From contig OZ244922.1 in the NCBI GenBank assembly GCA_965221905.1, positions 736,001 through 800,000 of the forward strand: DNA of 64,000 nt, written 5' to 3'. This DNA comes from Chloroflexota bacterium. Its GTDB lineage: Bacteria; Chloroflexota; UBA11872; VXOZ01. The notes below the pieces were generated by a model. That model was given only the letters and a program-made list of their open reading frames with translations, was not told where the DNA came from and made no database searches. A program made the translations under genes and the position numbers. Positions within the stretch are counted from its first letter, which is position 1. Every line of letters starts with the position of its first letter. Shown one piece after another: positions 28,996 to 39,818 of this stretch.

Positions 28996-29371
28996 TCTCA
29001 ATGCGCACCTGTGCCGGATTGATGGAAATGGATTGCGCTAATTCTCGCCTGAGCCAAAGCTCGCTCGATTGGTTGGATGCGGTATCATGCTATCTTCCTG
29101 CCACCGCGCTCATTCAAGGGTATTGTACTATGCCGGCGCAGCGCCAATACATGGGTAGGGTATTACTTGCAGCCATGACATCGAAGATGCAATGGTCTTA
29201 ACCAGGCCGATTGAAGGGCTGATCTTGCAACTTTGGCACGTGGCAGCGGACACAAGAGGACGATCTTGACAATTGAGCGGCAAGTAGCGTGGCGGCAGTG
29301 CCGCCGATGGCGTACTATACAGACAACCTGCAATATTCGGCAGTAATGGCAAACTCAGAAAGTGAGCAACG

Positions 29372-30547
29372 ATGGCGATGACGAACGGTCCGATAGGGGT
29401 AGCCGTCATTGGGTGCGGCGGTATTTCCCATCCCCATTTCGACGGGTGGCAGCGGTTGGTACGAGCCGGAGAAGCCCGTCTGGAAGTTGCCTGCGACAAC
29501 CTGCGCGAACGCGCCGAGTCCCAGGCGCAGCGGTATGGCGCCGCGGCTGCGGCCACCGACTTTGCCGAGGTAGTGCGGCGGCCGGAGGTGCAGGCCGTTG
29601 ACATCTGCTTGCCTCATCACTTGCATTTGCCCGCTATTCTGGCGGCGGCGGAGGCCGGCGTGCATATCCTCTGTGAGAAGCCGCTGGTGCTGAATATGGA
29701 TGAAGCAGTTGAAGCCATACGTGCATGCCGCGATGCCGGTGTGAAGCTCATGACCGCCGACCGCGATCGTTTCGAGCCTCCTGCCCGCGCGGTAAAGCGC
29801 ATCCTCGACGCCGGGCTCATCGGCGAAATCTATCATGTGCTGGAACGCCACCTGCTCCACAAGGATGTGCTCACCCAGGGATCCCGCGCCAACATGGGTT
29901 GGAAACTCGGCAAAGCCACGGCGGGCGGCGGCGCGTTGCACCGCGACGGCTGTTACTACATCGATACGCTGCTTTTCTGGGAAGGTAGCGGCGTGAAGCA
30001 CGTCGCGGGCGCGGAGTTCGATAGCTTTCTCTGGGAGACGGAAGAGATCGAGACCACCTCCCACGTGCTCTTTCGCTTCAATAGCGGCGCGATCGGCGTC
30101 TTTGAGATGGTGTGGTGTTTGCAGGGGCCCCAACACCGCGAGATCTTCGTGACCGGCAGCGAGGGCTACGTAAAGCTTGACGGCGGTATTGGGCATGGCT
30201 CCGATGCGACGATCACGCTCTACAGCAACAAGCTGCCGTGGCTGACGTTTGACGAGCCGCAAGTTGCCCAGGCCTTTGCCGATTGCACCTTCGAGCAACC
30301 GCACCGCAATAATCCGGAAATGGCCAATGAAAAGCTCGTGCTGAACGTACCGTATTCAGCCGGATTCCATGCGCAGGAGAAAGAGTTCCTGGCTGCTATC
30401 CGTGAAAACCGCGAACCGGAGTCCAACGGCATCGACGGCGCCCGCGCGCTGGAAGTGGTTGAGGGTGCCTACCTCGCGGCGCAAGAGCGTCGGCAGATCG
30501 AGTTTCCGCTGCGTGATTGGGAGTCGCTGCGGAGCCATCGCACGTAG
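29372..30547 (+). CDS. Gfo/Idh/MocA family oxidoreductase
   Basis: GCGGIS, HILCEKP, GGGAL. Confidence 0.9.
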   Translation: MAMTNGPIGVAVIGCGGISHPHFDGWQRLVRAGEARLEVACDNLRERAESQAQRYGAAAAATDFAEVVRRPEVQAVDICLPHHLHLPAILAAAEAGVHILCEKPLVLNMDEAVEAIRACRDAGVKLMTADRDRFEPPARAVKRILDAGLIGEIYHVLERHLLHKDVLTQGSRANMGWKLGKATAGGGALHRDGCYYIDTLLFWEGSGVKHVAGAEFDSFLWETEEIETTSHVLFRFNSGAIGVFEMVWCLQGPQHREIFVTGSEGYVKLDGGIGHGSDATITLYSNKLPWLTFDEPQVAQAFADCTFEQPHRNNPEMANEKLVLNVPYSAGFHAQEKEFLAAIRENREPESNGIDGARALEVVEGAYLAAQERRQIEFPLRDWESLRSHRT

Positions 30548-30624
30548 CCGGTCGCTCAATGGTGGCGGGGCTGTTCACTGTCTGACGTGGATGGGAGGCA
30601 GGAAGTGGTAAGGAGCGATTCGAA

Positions 30625-30735
30625 TGTCACCCTGAACGGAGTGAAGGGTCTAGAGTGACTGCAGTTGGATAGTGTAGCCCCCAGTCTTAGACCCTAGATT
30701 CTGCGAACCCTGTTCGACGCTGCGCTCGGAATCAC
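30625..30735. repeat. Family F repeat
   Basis: tgtcaccctgaacggagtgaagggtcta...tagaccctagatt...gctgcgctcggaatcac. Confidence 0.55.
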
Positions 30736-30819
30736 CTCTAAAGCCGATTCTAAACTTACAAGACGCATTCGACGCACCGAAAACGATCAGCCACGCCAAA
30801 ACCAGGAAGGGAATAGACC

Positions 30820-31827
30820 ATGCGCTATCGTCCGTTGGGTAACACAGGTCACCAGGTGTCGGAAGTCGGGTTAGGCACGTATCCGTTGGGTGGCACGCTC
30901 ATTACGAGCGGCAGCTATTGGTCGGGTCCTGCTACCTACGGCGAGGTGTCGCTTAAGACGGCGGTGGAGACGATCCATCACGGGCTGTCGCTGGGTCTCA
31001 ACTTCATCGACACCGCGCCGGTGTACTCGGAAGCTGAAGTTTACATTGCCGAGGCGCTGCGCCGGCGTCCGTCGCACCTGCGGGACATTGAAGTCTTTGT
31101 CGAGACCAAGGGCGGCGAGCATGTTCTGCCAGCCGCTGACGGCGGGCCGCCGGTGTTGGCGCGGGACTTTTCCCGCGCTGCTTTGCGCGCCAGTGTGCAG
31201 CGCAGCAAGGAGCGCCTGCAGACCGACCTTATCGAGGGTGTGTTGCTGCATAGTCCGGTCGCAGACGAAGTGGCGGAAGACCCGCTGGGTCTGCTGGTCG
31301 AGCTCCGTGCAGAAAGACACATCGGGCACATTGGCGTCTCCGCCAGCGACGTGACGGAAGCCATCCGGCTCATCGAGGAAGACGGCCGCGCGGAGATCAT
31401 ACAAATTGGGTTCAGTCTGCTCGAACCTGAACCGACCGAGCGGCTCTTGCCACTGGCGGAAGAGCGCGGCATCGGCATCGTGATCCGCTCGCCGCTCGCC
31501 TCCGGATTCCTCTCGGGCGCGCTCACGGCAGACCATGAGTTCGGGCCGGACGATCACCGCAGCCTCATACCGCGGGAACGGCTCGCCGCGCGTCTCCGAG
31601 AGGCGGAATCCTTCATGTGGCTGGTTGATGAAGGCGTTGCGCAAAGCCTGAGCGAAGCCGCCTTGCGTTACATCCTCAGCTTTTCCGGGGTAACATCGGT
31701 GATTCCCGGCGCCATGAATCCCGCCGAGCTTGAGCAGAACGTGGCGATTTCCGATCTTGGCCCCCTGCCGGAGGCGGCGCTGGCGCGCGTCGCAGAGACG
31801 CAGCGGGAGTTGGGATTGCTGAGTTAA
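30820..31827 (+). CDS. Aldo/keto reductase
   Basis: YRPLGNTG..VSEVGLG, FIDTAPVY, ETK, SPLASG.L, VIPGA. Confidence 0.93.
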   Translation: MRYRPLGNTGHQVSEVGLGTYPLGGTLITSGSYWSGPATYGEVSLKTAVETIHHGLSLGLNFIDTAPVYSEAEVYIAEALRRRPSHLRDIEVFVETKGGEHVLPAADGGPPVLARDFSRAALRASVQRSKERLQTDLIEGVLLHSPVADEVAEDPLGLLVELRAERHIGHIGVSASDVTEAIRLIEEDGRAEIIQIGFSLLEPEPTERLLPLAEERGIGIVIRSPLASGFLSGALTADHEFGPDDHRSLIPRERLAARLREAESFMWLVDEGVAQSLSEAALRYILSFSGVTSVIPGAMNPAELEQNVAISDLGPLPEAALARVAETQRELGLLS

Positions 31828-31948
31828 GTAAGCTCAAAGTCCTTGTTTAAGGCTGGCGTGTCTGAGACGGTTGCATTGCGAGTAGTGCGGAGTAGTGCGA
31901 GGAATGAGCAATTCGTCCATGACCGTGTCTGCCTAGTGCGCGAAGAGT

Positions 31949-32466
31949 GGGGGACAAGCCCCCGCGCTACAGAAGAGCGCATGGCCGTCTAATGAGCCGT
32001 AGGGGCACGACATGTCGTGCCCCTACCCATAGGACAGCCGCAATTCTATCTCGTCATTGCCACGGGAGCGGGAATCCCTCTTCCTTGCATAGGTAGACTA
32101 TCGTCTCCTGTCAGAATTGCTTGTTACATACCTCTTCGATGCCCTAGACTCCGGCGCAAGCCGAAGTGGCGAATAGCGTCGTTCGTTTAGCGGGTCACCG
32201 TTCAACCTTCGACAAGTTCAGGGCGAATGGGGTCCATGGCCGCAGCTTGACAGTCGAACGGGGGACAAGCCCCCGCGCTACGAGAAGCGCCAAGAAGTGC
32301 AACTGCAACTTTCCCAAGTCTTTGGTCTCGTAGATCAACCCGTAGGGGCACGATTTATCGTGCCCCTACTCGTAATTTGTATGTTGTTAAGGGCGCGCAA
32401 ATGAGCGAAGTTGTGAGGGCAACGCGAGGGGCGCGTCGTCCGTCAATCCGGCGCAAGCGGGAATCA
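31949..32466. repeat. Dense REP cluster (B 31949-31970, A 31999-32026, C ~32052, D ~32198, B 32260-32281, A 32342-32369, C ~32442)
   Basis: Individual palindromes read directly. Confidence 0.85.
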
Positions 32467-32790
32467 ATCTTGTCTTGCAGCCGATAGCGCTGCGCAAGCG
32501 TGAAAGAGCCCCAGGCAGCGGCCTCTTGTCTGGCGCGGCTTACAATCGCAGCCCAAGTTTGTGTACATCCAACAGGTTTGACCTCCGCTAATGTATTGCA
32601 TCAACACGGCGCTTCCGCCATAATTCAAGTTACGGATTGCCCTCAATGCATTTGGGTGAGAGAAAGGAGGACGACAACTGGCTACATACCATAAGAGGGG
32701 ATCCGACCGACGTTCCTTTCCTAACCGTGTTTGCGTGTCGTTCTTATTCACGTTTGACTTATCAAGAAAGCAAGTCGGGAGGCTAAGCAC

Positions 32791-34178
32791 ATGAAAACTG
32801 GTGACAGTGAGACCCGTTTGACGCGTCGCTCAGTGCTGTGGTAGGCGGAGGCACAATTGGCGCAATCGCTCTGGCCGCCTGTGGGCAGGCGACAATCACC
32901 GAAGCACCTGCGGAAGACGTGCCTGAGGAGAAGGAAGCAGAAGCGAAAGAGCCGGAGCCACAGGCAGAGCCCGTAAACCTAGATTGGGCGCTCTGGGGTG
33001 ACTCCACGTGGGTGGAAGCGGCGCAGGCCGGCGCCGATGTGTACACGGCAGACAACCCTAACGTCACTTTAAACGTCCTCGGCGTAAAGGACAGTCCGGC
33101 AGTCTACATTACGGCCTGGGTGGCCGGGTCCGGACCCGACATTGCGATGACGTGGGGCACGAATCTCGTCCAAGCGGGACGGGAGGGTCTGCTGCTCAAC
33201 ATGGATCCCTACATCAAGCGCGACAGCTTCCCCATGGATGACTACATTCCCTTCCAGCTTGGCGCTATGCGCTGGCCGGAGACGGGTCAGTTCGGCCTGC
33301 CTATGTACATCAACGTGTACGTGCTCTGGTACAACAAGCAGGTCTTCGAAAAGAAGGGCATGGCCTTACCCGATGACACGTGGGGCTGGGACGAATACCA
33401 GGAGGCGATGCTCAGGCTTACCGACCGCCCCAACACCGTATTTGGCGGCGTGGACGCGGGCTGGGGCCGCGGCATTTGGAAGATCATACAAAACGGCGGC
33501 ACCGTTGTTGATCCGGAAAATGATCGCCACGCCACCTTCGATAGCCCTCAGGCCATTGAAGCCATGGAGTGGGTGCACGCCCGCTTCCACCAGGACCGGA
33601 GCATGGTGCACGGTGAGGAGTGGGCGGCGCTGGACCGCAGCAAGGTCCAGGCCCTCATGCAGGGCACGCTGGCAACCTGGGAAGAAGGATCTTGGGGGCC
33701 GGGGCAGTACTCGATAGACTTCCCCGAGAATGTCGCGGACTGGGACGTGGCCCCACTGCCGCAGGGTCCGGTAGCCCGTGCTACCCAAGGCTCCATCGAC
33801 GCGTGGGTGGTTTGGGCAGGCACGAAAGACCCGGATACGGCTTGGGACTTCATGAAATTCCTGCAGACCGATACGTATCTCGACTTGCAATGCCAGATTG
33901 CCAGCATTCAGCATCCGCGTGCCTCTCTGCAGGACCGTTACATCAGCATCATGAGCGAGAACTTCCCGGCGCTCGCGGACAAGAATCTCGACGCCTTTGC
34001 GCATCCGGTGCGGGGCAAGTACGCCTGGCCGAACGGCGGCCTCTTCCGCAAAGATGCCGATGTGTTCGGCCTCCTCGCGGAAGCATGGCAGACGGCCATT
34101 GTGGAGGATAAAATCACGGTGGCGGAGGCGTTCACCGACGCCGCCAAGCGCGCCAATGTGCTGATGGCGGAGGGCTAG
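32791..34178 (+). CDS. Carbohydrate ABC substrate-binding Tat lipoprotein, with a frameshift in the signal peptide (~32838)
   Basis: GGGAGG plus ATG 32791 gives MKTGDSETRLTRRSVLW*; the rest (VGGGTIGAIALAAC...YNKQVFEKKG) is in another frame. Confidence 0.82.
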
Positions 34179-34204
34179 TAGTCCTCCACCAGCGAGAGTA
34201 TGAT

Positions 34205-34244
34205 GCTCACGTAGGGGCACGACATGTCGTGCCCCTACGTGAGC
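34205..34244. repeat. Family A REP with extended stem
   Basis: gctcac-gtaggggcacgacatgtcgtgcccctac-gtgagc. Confidence 0.88.
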
Positions 34245-34275
34245 GCGGCAGTGCTATTGCAAGGGATCGAAACCT

Positions 34276-35286
34276 ATGCTCGTTACGACCACCGGACGGT
34301 TTCCGATTGTGAGCAACGGTCAACACCCCTTGCGCGCCGCGGTCGAGGAGTGGCGGGAGCGAGAGACGCCTACGCCCGCAAGCGCGTGGCAAGACAGCGC
34401 CTTGCGATCGGTGCAGGCCGAGACTCAAGCGGAACTGCTCGCTGCGCAGGACGACGCCGGTGCGGACATTCTCGATCCCGGGTTCGTGCCCGTCCACGAC
34501 GAGTGGTTCCAAATGGCGCGAGTGGTACCTGACCTGGAAGTCGCCGCTCCGCTCCGCTACCTGGACACGAACACCTATTACCACCACTGGAAACTGGATC
34601 GGGTGCCAACACGCAGGGCAGAGAGCCCTATCGTCAGCGCCTATCGGCACGCCGCCTCACTAACCGACAGACCCATTAAGCCCACGCTCTTTGGCCCGTA
34701 CACCATTTGGGCGTATGCGGACCGGCAGGGGGAAGGCGATACGCCGGATGCATTCGCGGCGCTGGTGGACATGTGGGCGGCAGACGTCGCTGCCCTGGCT
34801 GCTGCTGGCGCACGCTTCATCCAGATCGAAGAGTCGGTAATCCTGCGCCCCAAGCATCGCGCCGACTTTCCGCTGGTTGCAAATGCCATGGAGCAAATTG
34901 CCGGTGCAGCACCGGATGCGACCGTAATCGTGCACTTGGCATGCGGCGCGATTGGCGATCTGCTCCGGCCGTTTCTCGAAATTCCCGGCCTGGGCGGACT
35001 GGGATTGGACTTCACCGACGCCTATCGCGCGCCCAATCTAGCAGCCCTCGCCGATTGGCACGGCAATGCAGTGCTTCAGGCCGGTATTGCCGACGCACGC
35101 CACTTCCGCGTCGAAACTGAAGCAGAGCTGCAGGAAACCCTAACCGCAGTCACTGCCACTGTTCCTGCGGAGAATTGCTGGGCCGCGCCGAGCACGGCAC
35201 TCCTCTACCTGCCGCGCCACGCCGCATTTGAAAAGCTTGCCACGCTGGCGCACATTGCTCATCGATTTGGCGGAAACGGGGAATAG
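34276..35286 (+). CDS. Cobalamin-independent methionine synthase N-terminal-like subunit (split MetE part 1)
   Basis: GRFP, YLDTNTYYH (cf. FDTNYHY), KPTLFGPYT, IQIEE, APSTALLYLP; no Zn ligands. Confidence 0.78.
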   Translation: MLVTTTGRFPIVSNGQHPLRAAVEEWRERETPTPASAWQDSALRSVQAETQAELLAAQDDAGADILDPGFVPVHDEWFQMARVVPDLEVAAPLRYLDTNTYYHHWKLDRVPTRRAESPIVSAYRHAASLTDRPIKPTLFGPYTIWAYADRQGEGDTPDAFAALVDMWAADVAALAAAGARFIQIEESVILRPKHRADFPLVANAMEQIAGAAPDATVIVHLACGAIGDLLRPFLEIPGLGGLGLDFTDAYRAPNLAALADWHGNAVLQAGIADARHFRVETEAELQETLTAVTATVPAENCWAAPSTALLYLPRHAAFEKLATLAHIAHRFGGNGE

Positions 35287-35288
35287 TA

Positions 35289-36284
35289 ATGAAGAATCTC
35301 CCGCTCTTACCGGTTTCCAGCATTGGCAGCTTGCCGAAACCGCCCGACCTCTTCCGCGCGGAGATGGCGCCGCTGGAGCAGCAGGACCACGCTTGGATGC
35401 GCCGCAGCCAAGAGACGGCGGTTGCAGATTGGATTGCAACCCAGGAGAAACTCGGTGTCGACGTGCTTGTCGATGGCGAGCAGTACCGGCGTTCTATGAC
35501 GACCTACTTCCTAGAAGGCTGGGGCTGCGCCGACATCGATCCGGATCCGGTGTGGGTGTTGGACAACATGTACGGCCAGCGGGCGGTCATCAAGCGCCCG
35601 GCCACCAAGCCGCGCTCGTTGCTGGTAGACTGGTACCGCTACGCTGCATCCCACGCACGGAGCGACGTAAAGGTCACGGTCACCGGCCCCTATACGTTGC
35701 GGGACTGGGTCTTCGATCTTTACTACCCCGATCGCCGGGCGGCAGTGTTGGGCTTGGCGGAGTACGTCCGTGAGGAGGTTCATGCGCTCGTGGCTGCGGG
35801 TGTGCGGTACCTCCAGATTGATGAACCGGCGTTCGTCACCCGCTACGACCAACCGGAAGAGCTAGATGTGGCGATAGAAGCCATGCACCGCATATGCTCC
35901 GATATTCCCGAGCACGTCACGGTCTTCACCCACATGTGCTACGGCGCGTTTCATGAGGTCTATCCCAAGATGCTGGAACTGCCGGCGCATGTGTTCTGCC
36001 TGGAGCTTGCGCACGTCTCGCCCGATCTGCTCGACATATTGCGCAGGCACCCGTTCCCTGCCAACCGGGGAATGGGCTATGGCGTTGTGGATGCACAGGA
36101 CCCCCGTGTAGAATCGGTACAGGAGATCGAGGCGCGCATCCGCCTGGCTCTGGAGTACTTCGCACCGGAGCAACTGTGGATAAACCCCGATTGCGGTCTG
36201 CAGGCTATTCCTTACGAATCTGCGGTGGCTAAACTGGAAAACATAATGGAAGCCACACACCGCGTGCGCCAATCGCTTGCCTAA
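35289..36284 (+). CDS. metE: Cobalamin-independent methionine synthase catalytic subunit (split MetE part 2)
   Basis: SIGSLPKP, DVLVDGE..R, GPYT, QIDEPA, THMCY, WINPDCGL (Zn His/Cys/Glu/Cys). Confidence 0.85.
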   Translation: MKNLPLLPVSSIGSLPKPPDLFRAEMAPLEQQDHAWMRRSQETAVADWIATQEKLGVDVLVDGEQYRRSMTTYFLEGWGCADIDPDPVWVLDNMYGQRAVIKRPATKPRSLLVDWYRYAASHARSDVKVTVTGPYTLRDWVFDLYYPDRRAAVLGLAEYVREEVHALVAAGVRYLQIDEPAFVTRYDQPEELDVAIEAMHRICSDIPEHVTVFTHMCYGAFHEVYPKMLELPAHVFCLELAHVSPDLLDILRRHPFPANRGMGYGVVDAQDPRVESVQEIEARIRLALEYFAPEQLWINPDCGLQAIPYESAVAKLENIMEATHRVRQSLA

Positions 36285-36312
36285 ACCTCTTCGTAGAAAA
36301 TGAAAGGCTGCC

Positions 36313-36714
36313 ATGAATAGTCGTCAGGATAGTGAGACCCTCGTGAACATCGTAGCGTGGTTGTACATTGGCCTCAGCATTCTGGGTCTCTTCGTAGCGG
36401 GCCTGGTCTTTCTTGTATTTGTGGGTATCGGGCTGTTGATGGCCGCCGCCGATGAATCGGAGGCCATGGGCATCTTGGCGGTTTTCGGCACTTTCGTTGG
36501 CGCGTTTCTGTTCCTCTTATCGGTACCGGGGTTTGTTGGCGGCATTGGGCTGCTGAAGCGACAGGCGTGGGCGCGTATCCTGGTGCTTATCCTCAGCGCG
36601 TTCCAACTGTTCAACGTGCCCTTCGGCACCTGCGTGGGGGTCTACTCCTTCTGGGCGCTGACACGGGAAGAAACCATGGCGCTCTTTGGTGAAAAGAGGG
36701 GCTGGAAAGAGTAA
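36313..36714 (+). CDS. Small membrane protein, unknown function
   Basis: 3-4 hydrophobic segments; GIGLLKRQAWAR, PFGT..G.Y..W.L. Confidence 0.75.
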   Translation: MNSRQDSETLVNIVAWLYIGLSILGLFVAGLVFLVFVGIGLLMAAADESEAMGILAVFGTFVGAFLFLLSVPGFVGGIGLLKRQAWARILVLILSAFQLFNVPFGTCVGVYSFWALTREETMALFGEKRGWKE

Positions 36715-36782
36715 GTTGCTTGCGTCTTGGCATAGTGTAAGACTGGCGAATTTCCTTACCACCTGCAGGAGGAATCATTGCG

Positions 36783-37841
36783 ATGAGTGTCAGTACACGA
36801 CCGTACATCGATCCGGTTGAGGGGCTAATCGCCCGCGCCAAACAGACCGCTGCGCCTTTGGGCCTGCCGACTACTGCTTCAGAATGGCGCGCCTGGCATG
36901 AACGCACGCTGAGACAGGTGCGGGAGATGATCGGGGCGTATCCCGATCCGGTACCGCTCAACGTGGAGGTGGTCGAGCGCCACGACGAGGGCAGCTACAT
37001 TCGGGAGAAGATTCTCTACGATAGCGAGGCCTTTGCTACCGTACCTGCCTGGCTGTTCACGCCCAAAGACATCGCGGAGGGCGAAAAGCGGCCTGCCATT
37101 CTCTGCGCGCACGGCCACGGGCGCGGCAAGGATGATCCCGCAGGTATCTTGCCCCCACAAGACGATCCCAATTACGCGCAGATGAAGGAACGGCAGTCCG
37201 GCGTAAACTATGCCCAACAGCTTGCCGAGCATGGGTATGTCTGTCTGGCCCCCGATTGGCGTGGATTTGGTGAGCGAACCGGCCCGCAGGAGTGGCGGCG
37301 CGACTCAAGAGACGGCTGCAACGCGCTCTATTTGGGGTATGGCTACCTGGGATTCCAGTTGCTTGCTCTGGACATCTGGGATGGAATGCGCGGAATCGAT
37401 CTGCTCCAAGGGCTGCCGTGCGTGGATCCGGACCGCATCGGCATGATCGGTCTTTCTTTTGGCGGAACCATGACGACTTACCTCTCGGCCCTGGACGAGC
37501 GCGTCCGCTGCGCCGACATTGTCTGCTACCTCAGCACGCTTGAGGACGCCATCGGCCATCGTGGACGGGGCAACACCTGCGGTTCGCAATTCGCCCGCGG
37601 CCTGCTGACCTTTGGCGACATTGCTTCCGTGGCCGGACTAATAGCCCCGCGTCCCTGCCTCGTGGAGGTTGGCGAACTTGATGACTGTTTCGTCAAGGAC
37701 GACGCACTGCGCTGCTACGCTGACGTGGAACGCATCTACGCCGCCGCCGGCGCTGGCGATAGACTCGACCTGGACCTTCATCCCGGCGGACACGCTTTCA
37801 GCGGCGCGAAAGCGTTCGACTGGTTCGCGAAGTGGCTGTAA
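36783..37841 (+). CDS. Alpha/beta hydrolase (dienelactone hydrolase / acetyl-esterase-like)
   Basis: CAHGHG, PDWRGFGER, GLSFGG nucleophile, LIAPRP, GGHAF. Confidence 0.9.
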   Translation: MSVSTRPYIDPVEGLIARAKQTAAPLGLPTTASEWRAWHERTLRQVREMIGAYPDPVPLNVEVVERHDEGSYIREKILYDSEAFATVPAWLFTPKDIAEGEKRPAILCAHGHGRGKDDPAGILPPQDDPNYAQMKERQSGVNYAQQLAEHGYVCLAPDWRGFGERTGPQEWRRDSRDGCNALYLGYGYLGFQLLALDIWDGMRGIDLLQGLPCVDPDRIGMIGLSFGGTMTTYLSALDERVRCADIVCYLSTLEDAIGHRGRGNTCGSQFARGLLTFGDIASVAGLIAPRPCLVEVGELDDCFVKDDALRCYADVERIYAAAGAGDRLDLDLHPGGHAFSGAKAFDWFAKWL

Positions 37842-38125
37842 GACGGGTCTTGTAAGAAGAGAACAGCTTACGCTCACGGGAGCGCAATGGGGTTGCGTAC
37901 GATAGGGCGGTCGCCGCTTCGTCACCAAGCCTAATAGGACGTGGTGGAGTATGCAGCGGCGATAGGCTGTGCAGCACTTAGCCGTCACTCTCGCGCACGG
38001 GTAATCCGACCGCTCTACCCGGTATGCACATCGTCCACTGCGGGGGACAAGCCACCGCGCTTCGGTGCTGCATACTTGCATAGCAGCGACCGCTGGCGCC
38101 GGCGGCGTGGGCAAGCCGAGAGTGC

Positions 38126-39424
38126 CTACCTATGCCCCGCGCCATCACGCAGTATGGGCGCTTTCGTTTCCGCCAGCCTTTCGAGCAACGCCGCGCCGGT
38201 CCCGCCCGCGTCGTACTGCCGCAAGGTTCGCCCAAGCGCCTCAGCCCGTTCGCGCATTGCGACTGACATTAGCGCGGTCTCGATTGCCGCGCGCAGCGCC
38301 GCGCTCGAGACGCTGTAGGGGTCAACGGACGTGCCGGCGCCGAGCCACCGGATGCGCTGGGCGTTGTCCGGCTGGTCGTCTGCAAACGGCACGACGACGG
38401 CGGGTTTGCCGTGCAACAGCGTGCCCAGCGTGGAACTCACTCCGCCGTGATGCAGGACGATTTGCGCTTTCGGAATGATAATGCTGTTCGGCACGTAGCG
38501 CTCCACGCGCACGTTGCCAGGCGGGGTAGGCAGGTCTGCAAGGTTGCCGCCAGTGGTCACGACTACGTCCGCATCGAGTCCGCGCGCCGCTTCGAACAGC
38601 GTGCTGAAGAATGACGATTGGTAGACACTCTGAACCGTGCCGATAGTGGCATAGACAAGTGGGCGGCCGCTTGGCAGGGCTTCCAGCCACGCGGGTTCCG
38701 CGTAGTCTTGGGGGCGGTCCCAGAGGGAAGGGCCGACGAAATGCACAGCAGGCGGCCAAGAGGGCCGGGGGTATTCGAACTCCGGCGGCGTCAGCGCAAG
38801 CACCAGGTACGGAGAGATGGTGCTTTCTAGGTAACTGTCGCGGATCGGCGGCAGGCTGAATTGGGCGCGAATAGCGTTGAACTGGCGGTCGTGCCGGCGG
38901 GCGGCAAGGCGGAACAGCCGCCGGAGAAGCGGCGCAGCAAGGCGCTGGAGCGGATTGGGAGGGTAGGTAAGGCCCAATCCGTAAGGATGCGCGTTCATGC
39001 TATCCAGCAGCCCCGGCACCACGGTTGTGGTAGCCCAGGGTAGGCCGCTAATGTCCGCCACGATGCTCGCGGGGTGCGTAAAGGCGTCGAAGACGAGCAC
39101 GTCCGGCTGAAATGACGCCGTAACGTCCAGCACCTCTTGGGCGATGCTCGCGGCGAACGGAAACATGACCTCGCGAATCATGAAGTTCAGGCGTTTTAGG
39201 CCGCGCAGCTTGCCCATCTCCGGCCACCACTTTTGAATAGCCTCTGCCGATGCATCCGGCCCCACCGGGAAGAATTGCGTGACCAACGGCCCTACGGTCT
39301 GCGCCATGTTCGGGCCGGTGGCGTAGCCCACGGCGTTGCCCCGTTCCATCAGCGCTTGCACGATGGGGAGCGTTGGATTTACGTGCCCGGAGGCAGGTAT
39401 CGAGACAAAGAGAAAGCGTGGCAT
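38126..39424 (-). CDS. GT1 glycosyltransferase (MGT/UDPGT family)
   Basis: GHVNPTL, HFVGP, YATIGT, HHGGVSS, DQPDNA. Confidence 0.92.
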   Translation of the reverse strand: MPRFLFVSIPASGHVNPTLPIVQALMERGNAVGYATGPNMAQTVGPLVTQFFPVGPDASAEAIQKWWPEMGKLRGLKRLNFMIREVMFPFAASIAQEVLDVTASFQPDVLVFDAFTHPASIVADISGLPWATTTVVPGLLDSMNAHPYGLGLTYPPNPLQRLAAPLLRRLFRLAARRHDRQFNAIRAQFSLPPIRDSYLESTISPYLVLALTPPEFEYPRPSWPPAVHFVGPSLWDRPQDYAEPAWLEALPSGRPLVYATIGTVQSVYQSSFFSTLFEAARGLDADVVVTTGGNLADLPTPPGNVRVERYVPNSIIIPKAQIVLHHGGVSSTLGTLLHGKPAVVVPFADDQPDNAQRIRWLGAGTSVDPYSVSSAALRAAIETALMSVAMRERAEALGRTLRQYDAGGTGAALLERLAETKAPILRDGAGHR

Positions 39425-39818
39425 CTAATTTCGTTCCAAGGGCAGGCTTTAGTAACTTGCGGTCTCGCCAGCACTGCATATTAGTCGCCAGGCGAAACTG
39501 CCATAGTACAATAGTAGCAAAGGTGGCGGCAGGCAAGATGACCGGCCCCGGCAATGCGTGAGAGCCGAGACACCCATATCAATCACAGGGCAGATTTTCC
39601 GAGGCTCAGCCGAGCAAGCGGGATGAAACTGAAATGACAAAGATTCGCCCGCACCCCCGTATCGAGTGCGGGAAAGGCTCTAGTCCTTTCCCCGAAGAAG
39701 AGGGGAATGTTTGTGCCCTGCCTGGGAATTTCAACGGTCTTTGGCAGCGTGAACCTAGGCTTGCCCAAGAAGCGATGCAGGCTTCAAACCTACGCTACTG
39801 CAATCGCGAGTGCGCGGC

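Noticed and set aside
31949-32466. Possible CRISPR array
   Set aside because: The repeats belong to several families, spacing is irregular, copies are dispersed across the window and there are no cas genes
32464-32790. Small ORFs in the AT-richer intergenic stretch
   Set aside because: No motifs or codon bias; more likely the regulatory region of the SBP gene
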